From assembly GCA_964577555.1 (NCBI GenBank), contig CAZNZM010000003.1:35837-67836 (forward strand): a stretch of 32,000 bases of DNA, written 5' to 3'. A model generated the notes under the pieces. It ran no database searches. It was not told where the DNA came from and saw only the letters and a program-made list of their open reading frames with translations. This DNA comes from an uncultured archaeon (GTDB lineage Archaea; Iainarchaeota; Iainarchaeia; Iainarchaeales; Iainarchaeaceae). This document shows, in pieces, positions 17,835 through 25,594 of the stretch. A program made the translations under genes and the position numbers. How positions within the stretch are numbered: the first letter of the stretch is position 1; each line of letters begins with the position of its first letter.

Positions 17835-18665
17835 ATGCGCTGGTTTTTTTTGTGGTTGTTTTCGGTTTTATTTTTTTTGGAGTGTGTTTCTGCTCTCATG
17901 ATAGATACTCCTTCTTCCGTGCCTGAAAATGTTTCTTTTGGTTTTAAGGTTGTGCTTGATTCTACTGAAAAATGGACTAAGACAACTATTAAGGTTGACG
18001 AGCAAAATCTTTTGGATGTGTATTCTAATGGAACCGTGGTTCCTGATCCTCAAAATGGGCAATTTGCTTCAAGGGCTTTTGTTATTGATACTGATCCGAG
18101 TTCAACTGCCGGGCTTTTGTTGTTTGTATCTTATTTGGGTTTTTCTAAGGGAAAGCATGTTGTTTCGGCTTCTTCTGAAAGCGGTTTTGATTCAAAAGAA
18201 ATAGTGAGTTTTGTGCCTATTGATGAAGGTTATAAGGAGAGTGTGGAAGGAACTATTTCAGAGTTGGATAATAAGGTTTCGGAACAGGTTGAGCGGTTGG
18301 ATGATTTGGAAGAGAAATTGGGCGGTATTCAAAAAAGTTTGAATCAGACCGGGCAAAAGGTTGAAAGTTTGAATGACAAGGTGGAAAATAATATTGAAAA
18401 TAGGGTTGGCAATCTTGAAGGAAAAGTGGATTCGTTGAATGCCAAGCCGGTTGTTTCAAATTCTGTTTCTGGTTTGATAAATCTGGTTGATTCTCTTTTT
18501 GTTCCTCTTGGCATTGTGGCTTTGATAATAATTTTGGCTGGTCTTATAATGCTTTTCAAGAGCAGGTTTGGCGGGGATGGAAGTTCGGTTTATTATAAAG
18601 ATGAATTCGGTTTGCCTGCTTCAAAGAAGCATGAGGAAATGGCTTCTGATTTGACTGAAAAGTGA
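17835..18665 (+). CDS. Predicted cell-surface protein: signal peptide, beta-rich domain, coiled coil, C-terminal TM helix
   Basis: MRWFFLWLFSVLFFLECVSA signal-like; heptad-like VEGTISELDNKVSEQVERLDDLEEKLGGIQKSLNQTGQKVESLNDKVENNIENRVGNLEGKV; LVDSLFVPLGIVALIIILAGLIMLF TM. Confidence 0.65.
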   Translation: MRWFFLWLFSVLFFLECVSALMIDTPSSVPENVSFGFKVVLDSTEKWTKTTIKVDEQNLLDVYSNGTVVPDPQNGQFASRAFVIDTDPSSTAGLLLFVSYLGFSKGKHVVSASSESGFDSKEIVSFVPIDEGYKESVEGTISELDNKVSEQVERLDDLEEKLGGIQKSLNQTGQKVESLNDKVENNIENRVGNLEGKVDSLNAKPVVSNSVSGLINLVDSLFVPLGIVALIIILAGLIMLFKSRFGGDGSSVYYKDEFGLPASKKHEEMASDLTEK

Positions 18666-18795
18666 ATGGTTTGTTTTTGCAAAGTAATGTTTTTTTTTCA
18701 TGCCTAGCCATTTTTTTCTGTTTTTTTATAGAGTGTTTTTTTTAGAATTTTTTTTGAGTAGTTTTTTTCAAGTTTGTTTTTTTTTAATTATTTTT

Positions 18796-20505
18796 TTATT
18801 TTTGTGTTTTTTTCTTAAGAGCGGCTTTTACAAAGCCTAAGTATATTGGGTTGGGTTTTAATGGTCTGGAAGTGAATTCTGCATGGTATTGTGTACCAAC
18901 ATAGAATGGGTGTTCTGGGAGTTCAAGTATTTGCATTATTTTTTTTTGTGGAGCCATTCCTGAAAAAACCAAGCCGTGTTTTTCCAAAATGTCAATAAAT
19001 TTTGTATTTACGTTGAATCTGTGCCTGAATCTTTCCCTTACTATTTCTTTTTTTCCATAAAGTTCGTATGCCAGAGTTCCATTTTTTATTTTGACATCAA
19101 AGCCGCCTAATCTGAGTGTTCCGCCTAAGCCTTCTATTTCTTCCTGTTCTGGCAAAATGCATATTACGTTGTTTTCGGGGTCTTTTTTGACTTCTTCGGT
19201 TATAGCATTTTTTATTCCGCATACGTTTCTTGCGAATTCTATTACTGCCATTTGGAATCCATAGCATATGCCTAAAAATGGTATTTTGTTTTCTCTTAGG
19301 TGTTTTGCAATCATTATTTTTCCTTCAACACCGCGTGTTCCAAAGCCTCCGGGGATGATTACTCCATCTACTCCTTTTAATTCTTCTTCCACTTTTGTTT
19401 TTCCTCTTTCTATTGCCGTTGTTTCAATCCATTTTATGTTGATTTTGGTTTTTAATTGCACTCCGCAGTGTTCCAATGCTTTGGTGATGCTTATATAAGT
19501 GTCGCTTGTGCCTGTATATTTTCCTGCAATGCCTATGGTTATTTCCTTGTCTGGTTTTAAAGTGTTTTTTTTCGTCCATTCTTTTAGGGATTTGCTTCCA
19601 TTAACTTTGAATTTTGTCTCAAGTTTTAGTACTTTCAAAATTGCTTCATCTATTCCTTGTTCCCTGTAAAATAGTGGCAATTCGTATATGTTGCCTACAT
19701 CGTATGTGTTGAATACTCTTTCTATGGGAACGTTTGCATTCATTGATATTTTTTCTTTTACATTTTCTGTTATTCGTTTTTCGCTTCTGCATACTATTAT
19801 ATCTGGTTGTAATCCGAGGCTCATTAATTGTCTTAGCCCTAATTGAGCTGCTTTGCTTTTGAATTCTCCAAGATGGTGTGGTTCAAGTATGTATGTTATG
19901 TTTACTAAGCATGCGTTTTCTTTGCCTTCTTCGTAAATAAGTTCTCTTACGCTTTCCATTGCAAAAAGGTTTTCGTAGTCTCCTACTGTTCCGCCTATTT
20001 CTACTAAAACTATGTCTGCTTTTGTTTTTATTGCCAGGTTTCTTAGCACAAGTTTTGTTTCTCCGGTAACGTGAGGTATGTATTGGACGTCTCTTCCGTG
20101 GTATTCGCCTTTTCTTTCTTTGTCAATTATTCTTTTGTAAATTTGTCCGTGTGTTGTAAAATTGTCTTTTGAAAGGTTTTGGTCCAAGAATCTTTCGTAA
20201 CTTCCTAAGTCCATGTCTGTTTCTGTGCCGTCGTCAAGGACAAAAACTTCGCCATGTCTGTATGGGCTTAATGTTCCTGAGTCTATGTTAAGATAAGCTT
20301 CGATTTTCAATGGTGATACTTTAAGTCCTCTGTCTTGAAGTGCTTTTCCGAGTGCTGAAGAAAAAATTCCTTTTCCAATTCCACTTATTACTGAGCCAGT
20401 GATTATGACATATTTTGTTTTGCCTTTTACATAACCTTCGGGCATTGAAGAATAATTTTCTTCGCTTGATTTATCTGCTATTTTTCCAAGAAAATTTTCA
20501 TCCAT
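18796..20505 (-). CDS. pyrG: CTP synthase
   Basis: KYVIITGSVISGIGKGIFSSALGKALQDRGLKVSPLKIEAYLNIDSGTLSPYRHGEVFVLDDGTETDMDLGSYERFL; glutamine amidotransferase GGFGTRGVEGKI, FLGICYGFQMAVIEFARNV. Confidence 0.97.
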   Translation of the reverse strand: MDENFLGKIADKSSEENYSSMPEGYVKGKTKYVIITGSVISGIGKGIFSSALGKALQDRGLKVSPLKIEAYLNIDSGTLSPYRHGEVFVLDDGTETDMDLGSYERFLDQNLSKDNFTTHGQIYKRIIDKERKGEYHGRDVQYIPHVTGETKLVLRNLAIKTKADIVLVEIGGTVGDYENLFAMESVRELIYEEGKENACLVNITYILEPHHLGEFKSKAAQLGLRQLMSLGLQPDIIVCRSEKRITENVKEKISMNANVPIERVFNTYDVGNIYELPLFYREQGIDEAILKVLKLETKFKVNGSKSLKEWTKKNTLKPDKEITIGIAGKYTGTSDTYISITKALEHCGVQLKTKINIKWIETTAIERGKTKVEEELKGVDGVIIPGGFGTRGVEGKIMIAKHLRENKIPFLGICYGFQMAVIEFARNVCGIKNAITEEVKKDPENNVICILPEQEEIEGLGGTLRLGGFDVKIKNGTLAYELYGKKEIVRERFRHRFNVNTKFIDILEKHGLVFSGMAPQKKIMQILELPEHPFYVGTQYHAEFTSRPLKPNPIYLGFVKAALKKKTQK

Positions 20506-20696
20506 TAGAGCCCCCCAACAAATTTCAAAAAAACAGACTAATGTAATGTTGATTGGGGTATATAATGATATTTGTCACAATTTGTTATTGGATTGCAAGT
20601 CGTTGGTGTAAATAGAAATATTTTTTTTGACAATTGTCTTTGTTTTGCTTTTCTTTAAAAACTCTTATTAAAATATTACAAGAAAATATGTGTGAG

Positions 20697-20806
20697 GGGG
20701 CTGTAGTCTAGCCTGGTTAGGATTCAGCGTTCGGGTGGCGCTTAAAGTAATTTGTTTGTTTTGCCAGAATTACGCTGCGGCGAGAGTTCAAATCTCTCCA
20801 GCCCCA
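20697..20806 (+). tRNA. tRNA-Pro(CGG) with a 36-nt intron at the canonical 37/38 position
   Basis: Acceptor GGGGCTG (20697-20703)/CAGCCCC (20799-20805), discriminator A20806; D arm GTCT...GGAT; anticodon stem CAGCG (20725-20729)/CGCTG (20773-20777); TTCGGG with anticodon 20732-20734; intron 20736-20771; T arm GAGAG-TTCAAAT-CTCTC. BHB-like fold: TTCG/AGAA central helix (one G-A mismatch), 3-nt bulges GGT and TTA, inner GGC/GCC. Confidence 0.88.
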
Positions 20807-20835
20807 TTTGTTTTTTTTGGTTGCCCAAAAGTGCT

Positions 20836-20928
20836 TTAATCGCACTTGTGGGCTTCTTCTTCGTCAGCAAAATTGCTGGATTTTTGGAATACTTCGTGGC
20901 ATTCCTTGCAATATTTGAATTCTATCAT
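20836..20928 (-). CDS. 30-aa Cys/His microprotein, putative zinc knuckle
   Basis: ATG at 20928 on the minus strand: MIEFKYCKECHEVFQKSSNFADEEEAHKCD*. CxxCH...HxC pattern; upstream minus-strand GAGGTGA SD-like site 6-8 nt before ATG. Too short for the ORF track. Confidence 0.6.
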   Translation of the reverse strand: MIEFKYCKECHEVFQKSSNFADEEEAHKCD

Positions 20929-21031
20929 TTTATTTCACCTCTTTTATTTTTGAAACCACTTTTGTGGGAGAATACGAATTTTTGTTTTTACTTTTTTTCT
21001 TTTTCTCAATGGAATAATATGCAATTAGTTA

Positions 21032-21040
21032 TTTATAAAT
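21032..21040 (+). promoter_or_regulatory. Candidate TATA box for the CPBP protease gene (likely leaderless)
   Basis: TTTATAAAT centred 26 nt upstream of ATG 21062; no SD. Confidence 0.5.
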
Positions 21041-21061
21041 CTATTCTTTTAAGTATAAATC

Positions 21062-21640
21062 ATGGTTATTGAAGATAATCCTTATGTCACTGTTTTTTTT
21101 TGTTCATTTCTTTTGATTTTTATTGAAGTTGTTTTATATTCTTTGAAACTCAAAAAATTGTTTTATAAATTCATTAATCAAAATGTTTCGGCTATGTTTT
21201 TTAATTGGCATTTTCCTTCTGATAAGCCTTTCAGTCTTTTTGTAATTCCGTTGTTAGTGATTTTGGTGTTTAACTTTTTTTTGGTTAAAAACCAGTATTT
21301 GGTTGAAACTTCCGTTGCAGTATTTGCAATTGCCGTAAAAGTTTTGGTTGAAGAAATTGTTTTCAGGGGCTTTGTTTTCGGCGCTTTATTAAAATTTTTT
21401 AATGTAAGTGAAAATATTGTTTCCATTAAATTAATATTGCCTGTTTTTCTTCAGGCTATTTTTTTTGTTTTAATGCATTTTGGGACAATAAATTTTTTTG
21501 GTGTTTTTTTGAGCGGTTTGGTTTTTGGAATTGTTTTTTTCTTTTCTGGAAAAAATATCTTGCCGTCAGCTATGTTGCATTTGGCGTTGAATTTGTCAAT
21601 ATTCATGGCTGGCTTGACAGAAAATTTGTTAGGAATGTAA
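21062..21640 (+). CDS. CPBP (CAAX-protease-like) intramembrane metalloprotease
   Basis: KVLVEEIVFRGFVFGALLKFF (EExxxR), FFVLMHFG, ILPSAMLHLALNLSIF (HxxxN); multiple TM segments. Confidence 0.85.
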   Translation: MVIEDNPYVTVFFCSFLLIFIEVVLYSLKLKKLFYKFINQNVSAMFFNWHFPSDKPFSLFVIPLLVILVFNFFLVKNQYLVETSVAVFAIAVKVLVEEIVFRGFVFGALLKFFNVSENIVSIKLILPVFLQAIFFVLMHFGTINFFGVFLSGLVFGIVFFFSGKNILPSAMLHLALNLSIFMAGLTENLLGM

Positions 21641-21807
21641 TATTATTATCTGAAAAAATGCCGCATTGGCAAGTTTTTTTTATTTTTGTTGTTTTTGCAT
21701 AATATTAAATATCTTCCATAGCATATCTAATTTGCCGGTAAAGGCTTATTTGAATTATTGCCTGCCAATTTTTTTGGCGAAATTAAGGGCGGTTGGAGGG
21801 GTAAGAT

Positions 21808-21927
21808 ATGGTGGCAAAAAAGTCAAGTAAATCGCAAAAGAAAGTTGCAAGTGAAGATTCTTGCGGCTGTGGTTGCGGGGAAAGTTCTCATAAAGAGTCT
21901 TCGGATAAAGGTTGTGGCTGTTGTTGA
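21808..21927 (+). CDS. 39-aa Cys-rich peptide
   Basis: ATG 21808 with strong upstream GGAGGGG: MVAKKSSKSQKKVASEDSCGCGCGESSHKESSDKGCGCC*. It uses a different frame from the 61-aa track ORF at 21758-21943. Confidence 0.65.
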   Translation: MVAKKSSKSQKKVASEDSCGCGCGESSHKESSDKGCGCC

Positions 21928-21939
21928 AGGTGCTTTTTT

Positions 21940-22119
21940 ATGATGGGTTTGCACTCTTCGAAAATCAAAGCCAAGGCTTCAAACTATGCTGCTCCTGAAT
22001 TAAGATGCATGAATTGTGGCAGGATAATTGTGGAGCCCATGCCTGGGCTTTATGGCAGGAGATTCTGCAGCATGGATTGCAAAGATGAATATATGAGTAG
22101 TGGCCCAGCCCAGCCATGA
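21940..22119 (+). CDS. Small zinc-ribbon-like protein
   Basis: ATG 21940: MMGLHSSKIKAKASNYAAPELRCMNCGRIIVEPMPGLYGRRFCSMDCKDEYMSSGPAQP*. CxxC...CxxxC pattern; SD-like GAAGGTG upstream; just under the 60-aa track cut-off. Confidence 0.7.
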   Translation: MMGLHSSKIKAKASNYAAPELRCMNCGRIIVEPMPGLYGRRFCSMDCKDEYMSSGPAQP

Positions 22120-22135
22120 ATTGGGCTTTTTTTTT
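22107..22135 (+). terminator. Intrinsic-terminator-like hairpin with T9
   Basis: AGCCCA (22107-22112) ... TGGGCT (22122-22127) followed by TTTTTTTT. The stem overlaps the end of the zinc-ribbon gene. Confidence 0.6.
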
Positions 22136-22247
22136 ATTTTTTTCAAACATGTTTTTTTTGCGAGCCATTTTTTTTGTGATTTTTTTTGTCAAACTATTTT
22201 TATTTTTTTTGTTATTTGTTTTGGCTGGACATTTTTTTGTCATTTTT
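22136..22247 (+). repeat. T-tract intergenic element with GCGAGCCATTTTTTTT core
   Basis: TTTTTTTTGCGAGCCATTTTTTTTGTGATTTTTTTTGTCAA, nearly the same as 10948-10980. Confidence 0.75.
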
Positions 22248-23462
22248 TTATCTGAATGTTGTGCAAATTTTGTTGAGTTCGTTTGCGAATGTTTCTATTT
22301 CTGATTTGGTGTTGTAAATGTAAAAACTTGCTCTTGCAAGCCCTTTTGGGTTAATGCTTCTAACTATTGGTTCTGCACAATGAAAGCCTGTTCTTATTGC
22401 AATATTTTTTGATTCGTCAAGAGCTACGCCTATATCTAATGTGTCGAGTCCTTCTATGTCAAACAATATTATGCCTGCTTGTTTTTCTGGGTTTTTTGGG
22501 CACTTGAATTTTATTCCTTCTATTTTTTCCATTTCGTTGAATGCTGTTTTGAGAAGTTCTTTTTCGTGGTCTTCAATGTTTTCAATGCCTACTTTTTTAA
22601 TGTATTTTATCGCTTCGCCAAGCCCGTATATTTCAGCTATTGGCATTGTTCCCGGTTCAAATTTTTCGGCATTATCGCTGAAAATTGTTTTTTCAAAAGA
22701 AACTGATTTTATGGCGCCGCCGCCGAACGTGGCTGGCGGTAATTGTTCAATTAGGTCTTTTTTCATGTAAAGGCATCCTATTCCGGTGGGGCCAAGCATT
22801 TTGTGCCCTGAAAATGCTGCAAAGTCGGCTCCGATTTTTTTTATGTCAATTTTTGTATGTGGTGTTGATTGGGCGGCGTCTAAAAGAAAGAGTGCTCCGT
22901 TTTCGTGGCTTAGTTTAGCCGCTTCTTTTACCGGGAAAATTGATCCTATTGTATTTGGTATGTGTGTCATCGCCACTATTTTTGTTTTTTTTGTTATTTT
23001 GGAATTCAAATCTTCAAGGTCAAGCGTAAAGTCGTTGTTTATTTTTATTATTTTGAGTTTTGCGCCTTGTCTTTCGCAAATTTTTTGCCAAGGTATTAAA
23101 TTGGCGTGATGTTCGGCAAATGTAATTGCTATTTCGTCTCCGCTTTTTATTTTTCCTGCTCTTTCAAGCGAAGTTGCAACTATGTTGATGCTGTCGGTAG
23201 TGTTTCTGGTGAATATTATTTCTCCGTCATTTGCGTTTATGAATTTTGCAGTTTCTTTTCTTATTGTGTCTACGTCTGTTGTTGCTTGTCTTGAGAGTCT
23301 ATGTGCGCCTCTTCCTAAATTGGCTCCTATTTCTGTGTAGTATTTGTTCATTGCTTCGATTACGCTTTTTGGTTTAAGTGTTGTAGCTGCGTTGTTTAAG
23401 TAAATCAGGTTTTTTTGTTTTTCAAGTATTGGGAAGTCTTCTCTAATTTTTTCTGGAAGCAT
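22248..23462 (-). CDS. Cysteine desulfurase, SufS/CsdA-like
   Basis: IYLNNAATTLKPKSVIEAMNKYY, IIFTRNTTDSINIVA, LLDAAQSTPHTKIDIKKIGADFAAFSGHKMLGPTGIGCLY, IRTGFHCAEPIV. Confidence 0.93.
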   Translation of the reverse strand: MLPEKIREDFPILEKQKNLIYLNNAATTLKPKSVIEAMNKYYTEIGANLGRGAHRLSRQATTDVDTIRKETAKFINANDGEIIFTRNTTDSINIVATSLERAGKIKSGDEIAITFAEHHANLIPWQKICERQGAKLKIIKINNDFTLDLEDLNSKITKKTKIVAMTHIPNTIGSIFPVKEAAKLSHENGALFLLDAAQSTPHTKIDIKKIGADFAAFSGHKMLGPTGIGCLYMKKDLIEQLPPATFGGGAIKSVSFEKTIFSDNAEKFEPGTMPIAEIYGLGEAIKYIKKVGIENIEDHEKELLKTAFNEMEKIEGIKFKCPKNPEKQAGIILFDIEGLDTLDIGVALDESKNIAIRTGFHCAEPIVRSINPKGLARASFYIYNTKSEIETFANELNKICTTFR

Positions 23463-23529
23463 AATGATTGTATAGTGTTTGTTTGGTAAAATGCTTAATA
23501 ATTGTATGTTTTATCTTTTGTATGTTTGG

Positions 23530-24489
23530 TTAGTGGTTTGTTTTGGCTAGTTCTTCATCAATAATTTTGAAAAGTTCTTCTTTTGTTTTTGGCGAAACTA
23601 TTGCTTTGTCATTTATGTAAAAGGTTGGTGTTGCATAAATTCCTGCTTCTATTGATTCTTGTTTTTGTTTTTCCACGAAAGAATTGTATTTTTTTGATTC
23701 AAAGCATTGTCTGAAGGTGTTTTTTTCTATTCCTGCTTTTTCTGCGTAAACATAGTAATGCTCTTTTAATTGGGTTGTGTCTTGTAGGTTTGTGCAGCTT
23801 GCTTGGTTTTCGAACAAAAGTTTTTTCAGTTCCCAGAATTTTCCTTGTTCTCTTGCGCATTCTGCGGCAATTGCCGCGTCAAAGGAATATGGGTGGGTTG
23901 GTATTGGAAGGTATTTGAATGTAAAACTTATTTTGTCTTTGTATTTTTCCAGCATTTCTTCAACAATTGGTTCTGCGGCTTTTGTGTATGGGCATGTAAA
24001 GCATCCTACTTCAACTATTTTGATTTTTGCGTTTGGATTTCCTGTTGTTGGAAGTCCTTCGGTTTTCACTGGCTTTAGGTTTTCTGGGTTTTTGTTTTTT
24101 GGAAAAATCCAGTCAAGCCAGCCGTTGCTTATATAGCTTTCTGGGTTGAGGTAGCAAGCTTCTGGGGAATTTTGTCCGTTGCAGTTGCCGTATGCAATAA
24201 AATTGTATATTCCGTATGCGCTGTAAAAAAAACTTGCAATCATTATTATTGTTAGAATTAGTGAGATTGTTTCAAAATGTTTGTTTATGAATTTTCCTGC
24301 TGTTTTGTTGTATTTCATTGTTTTGATTGAAGCAATAGCTTTGAGTCTTTTGTCAAGCCCTGTATTGCATGGTCTTAACGTGATTTTTCTGAAGACACAG
24401 TCAAATGCTTCTTTTGCAAGTGGCTTGTGAGTTGCTGAGAAAATGCTTAATATGCTGAATACGACGAGTGCAATAATGCATACAACCAT
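23530..24489 (-). CDS. Membrane-anchored DsbA/thioredoxin-fold protein with displaced Cys pair
   Basis: KIKIVEVGCFTCPYTKAAEPIVEEMLEKYKDKISFTFKYLPIPTHPYSFDAAIAAECAREQGKFWELKKLLF; YATPTFYIND (cis-Pro region); N-terminal TM segments. Confidence 0.8.
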   Translation of the reverse strand: MVVCIIALVVFSILSIFSATHKPLAKEAFDCVFRKITLRPCNTGLDKRLKAIASIKTMKYNKTAGKFINKHFETISLILTIIMIASFFYSAYGIYNFIAYGNCNGQNSPEACYLNPESYISNGWLDWIFPKNKNPENLKPVKTEGLPTTGNPNAKIKIVEVGCFTCPYTKAAEPIVEEMLEKYKDKISFTFKYLPIPTHPYSFDAAIAAECAREQGKFWELKKLLFENQASCTNLQDTTQLKEHYYVYAEKAGIEKNTFRQCFESKKYNSFVEKQKQESIEAGIYATPTFYINDKAIVSPKTKEELFKIIDEELAKTNH

Positions 24490-24550
24490 AAATCACATTA
24501 TCAATTAGCAAAAATTTATTATTTTGATTGTTTTTTTTTAGTTATTTTTT

Positions 24551-25555
24551 TTATTGTTTTATGGTGTTTGTTGGTTTGCCTTTGATGTATCCTTTTATGT
24601 TTTCAATTGTGGTTTCTAATATTCTTTCTAGGGCTTCTTGGCTGTTGAATGCGTTGTGGGGTGTTATAAGAACGTTTGGCATTTTTAGTAGGACGTGGTT
24701 TCGCAAAACCATTTTGAGGTCGCATTCTTTTTGGAAGTATTTGTCTATGACTTGTTTTTCTTCTCTTATGAAGCATTCTCCTTCAAGGACGTCTAGGCCT
24801 GCCGCGTAAATTGTTTTTGTTGATAGTCCTTTTATAAGTGCGTCGGTGTCGATTATTTCTCCTCTGGCTGTGTTAATGATTACTGCTCCTTTCTTTATTT
24901 TTTTTAGCGAGTCTTTGTTGAACATGTGTCGTGTGGAATCGTTTAATGGAACGTGGAATGTTATTATGTCTGATTTTGAGTATAGTTCATCAAGGCTTGT
25001 ATAATTGAACCCCATTTCTTTTTCAAGTTCTTTTTTTGGGAATCTTTCATATGCGAGGACATTCATTTCGAAGCCTTTTGCGATTCTTATTACGTGTTTT
25101 CCAATGTGTCCTACTCCTATTACTCCTATTGTTTTTCCTTTGAGGTCAAAGCCTCTTAATCCTACTGCTGAAAAATCTGCTTTGCTTGTGCGTTCATATG
25201 ATTGGTGGATTTTTCTTGAGATTGCCAAAATCAGGGCAAAGGTGTGTTCTGCAACTGTGTTTTCTCCATAGCTTGGGACGTTGCATACTGTTATTCCTCT
25301 TTTTGTGCATTCTTTGACATCTATGTGGTTGTATCCTGTTGACATTGTAGTAATTAGTTTTAGTTTTGGCATTGTGTCAAGTATTTTTGAGTCTATATTG
25401 GTGTAAATGAAAATGCCTATTGCTTCAGCATCTTTGTGTTTTTTTGCAGTAGCCAGAGTCATTTTTTTTTCGGAAAAGTGCAATTCGTGGTTTTTAAGTC
25501 TTTCAGCCAAGTATTTTTGTTCCCATTTTTCTGTTTCAAAAAACGCTATTTTCAT
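24551..25555 (-). CDS. D-isomer specific 2-hydroxyacid dehydrogenase (D-lactate dehydrogenase-like)
   Basis: LITTMSTGYNHIDVKECTKRGI, LKGKTIGVIGVGHIGKHVIRIAKGF (Rossmann), VVINTARGEIIDTDAL, NVLITPHNAFNSQEA. Confidence 0.93.
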   Translation of the reverse strand: MKIAFFETEKWEQKYLAERLKNHELHFSEKKMTLATAKKHKDAEAIGIFIYTNIDSKILDTMPKLKLITTMSTGYNHIDVKECTKRGITVCNVPSYGENTVAEHTFALILAISRKIHQSYERTSKADFSAVGLRGFDLKGKTIGVIGVGHIGKHVIRIAKGFEMNVLAYERFPKKELEKEMGFNYTSLDELYSKSDIITFHVPLNDSTRHMFNKDSLKKIKKGAVIINTARGEIIDTDALIKGLSTKTIYAAGLDVLEGECFIREEKQVIDKYFQKECDLKMVLRNHVLLKMPNVLITPHNAFNSQEALERILETTIENIKGYIKGKPTNTIKQ

Positions 25556-25594
25556 GTTGATAATTAATCCATTTGTTTTTAAAATTGCTTTCTG

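Noticed and set aside
20823-20853. Palindrome considered as an intrinsic terminator
   Set aside because: No T run follows the stem on either strand; kept only as an unusual hairpin over a stop codon.
21758-21943. 61-aa ORF from the supplied track
   Set aside because: The overlapping 21808-21927 frame has a much better SD and a structured Cys pattern. This frame looks like its shadow.
21965-22243. 92-aa minus-strand ORF
   Set aside because: Antisense to the zinc-ribbon gene and extended through a T-tract array (poly-Lys N-terminus).
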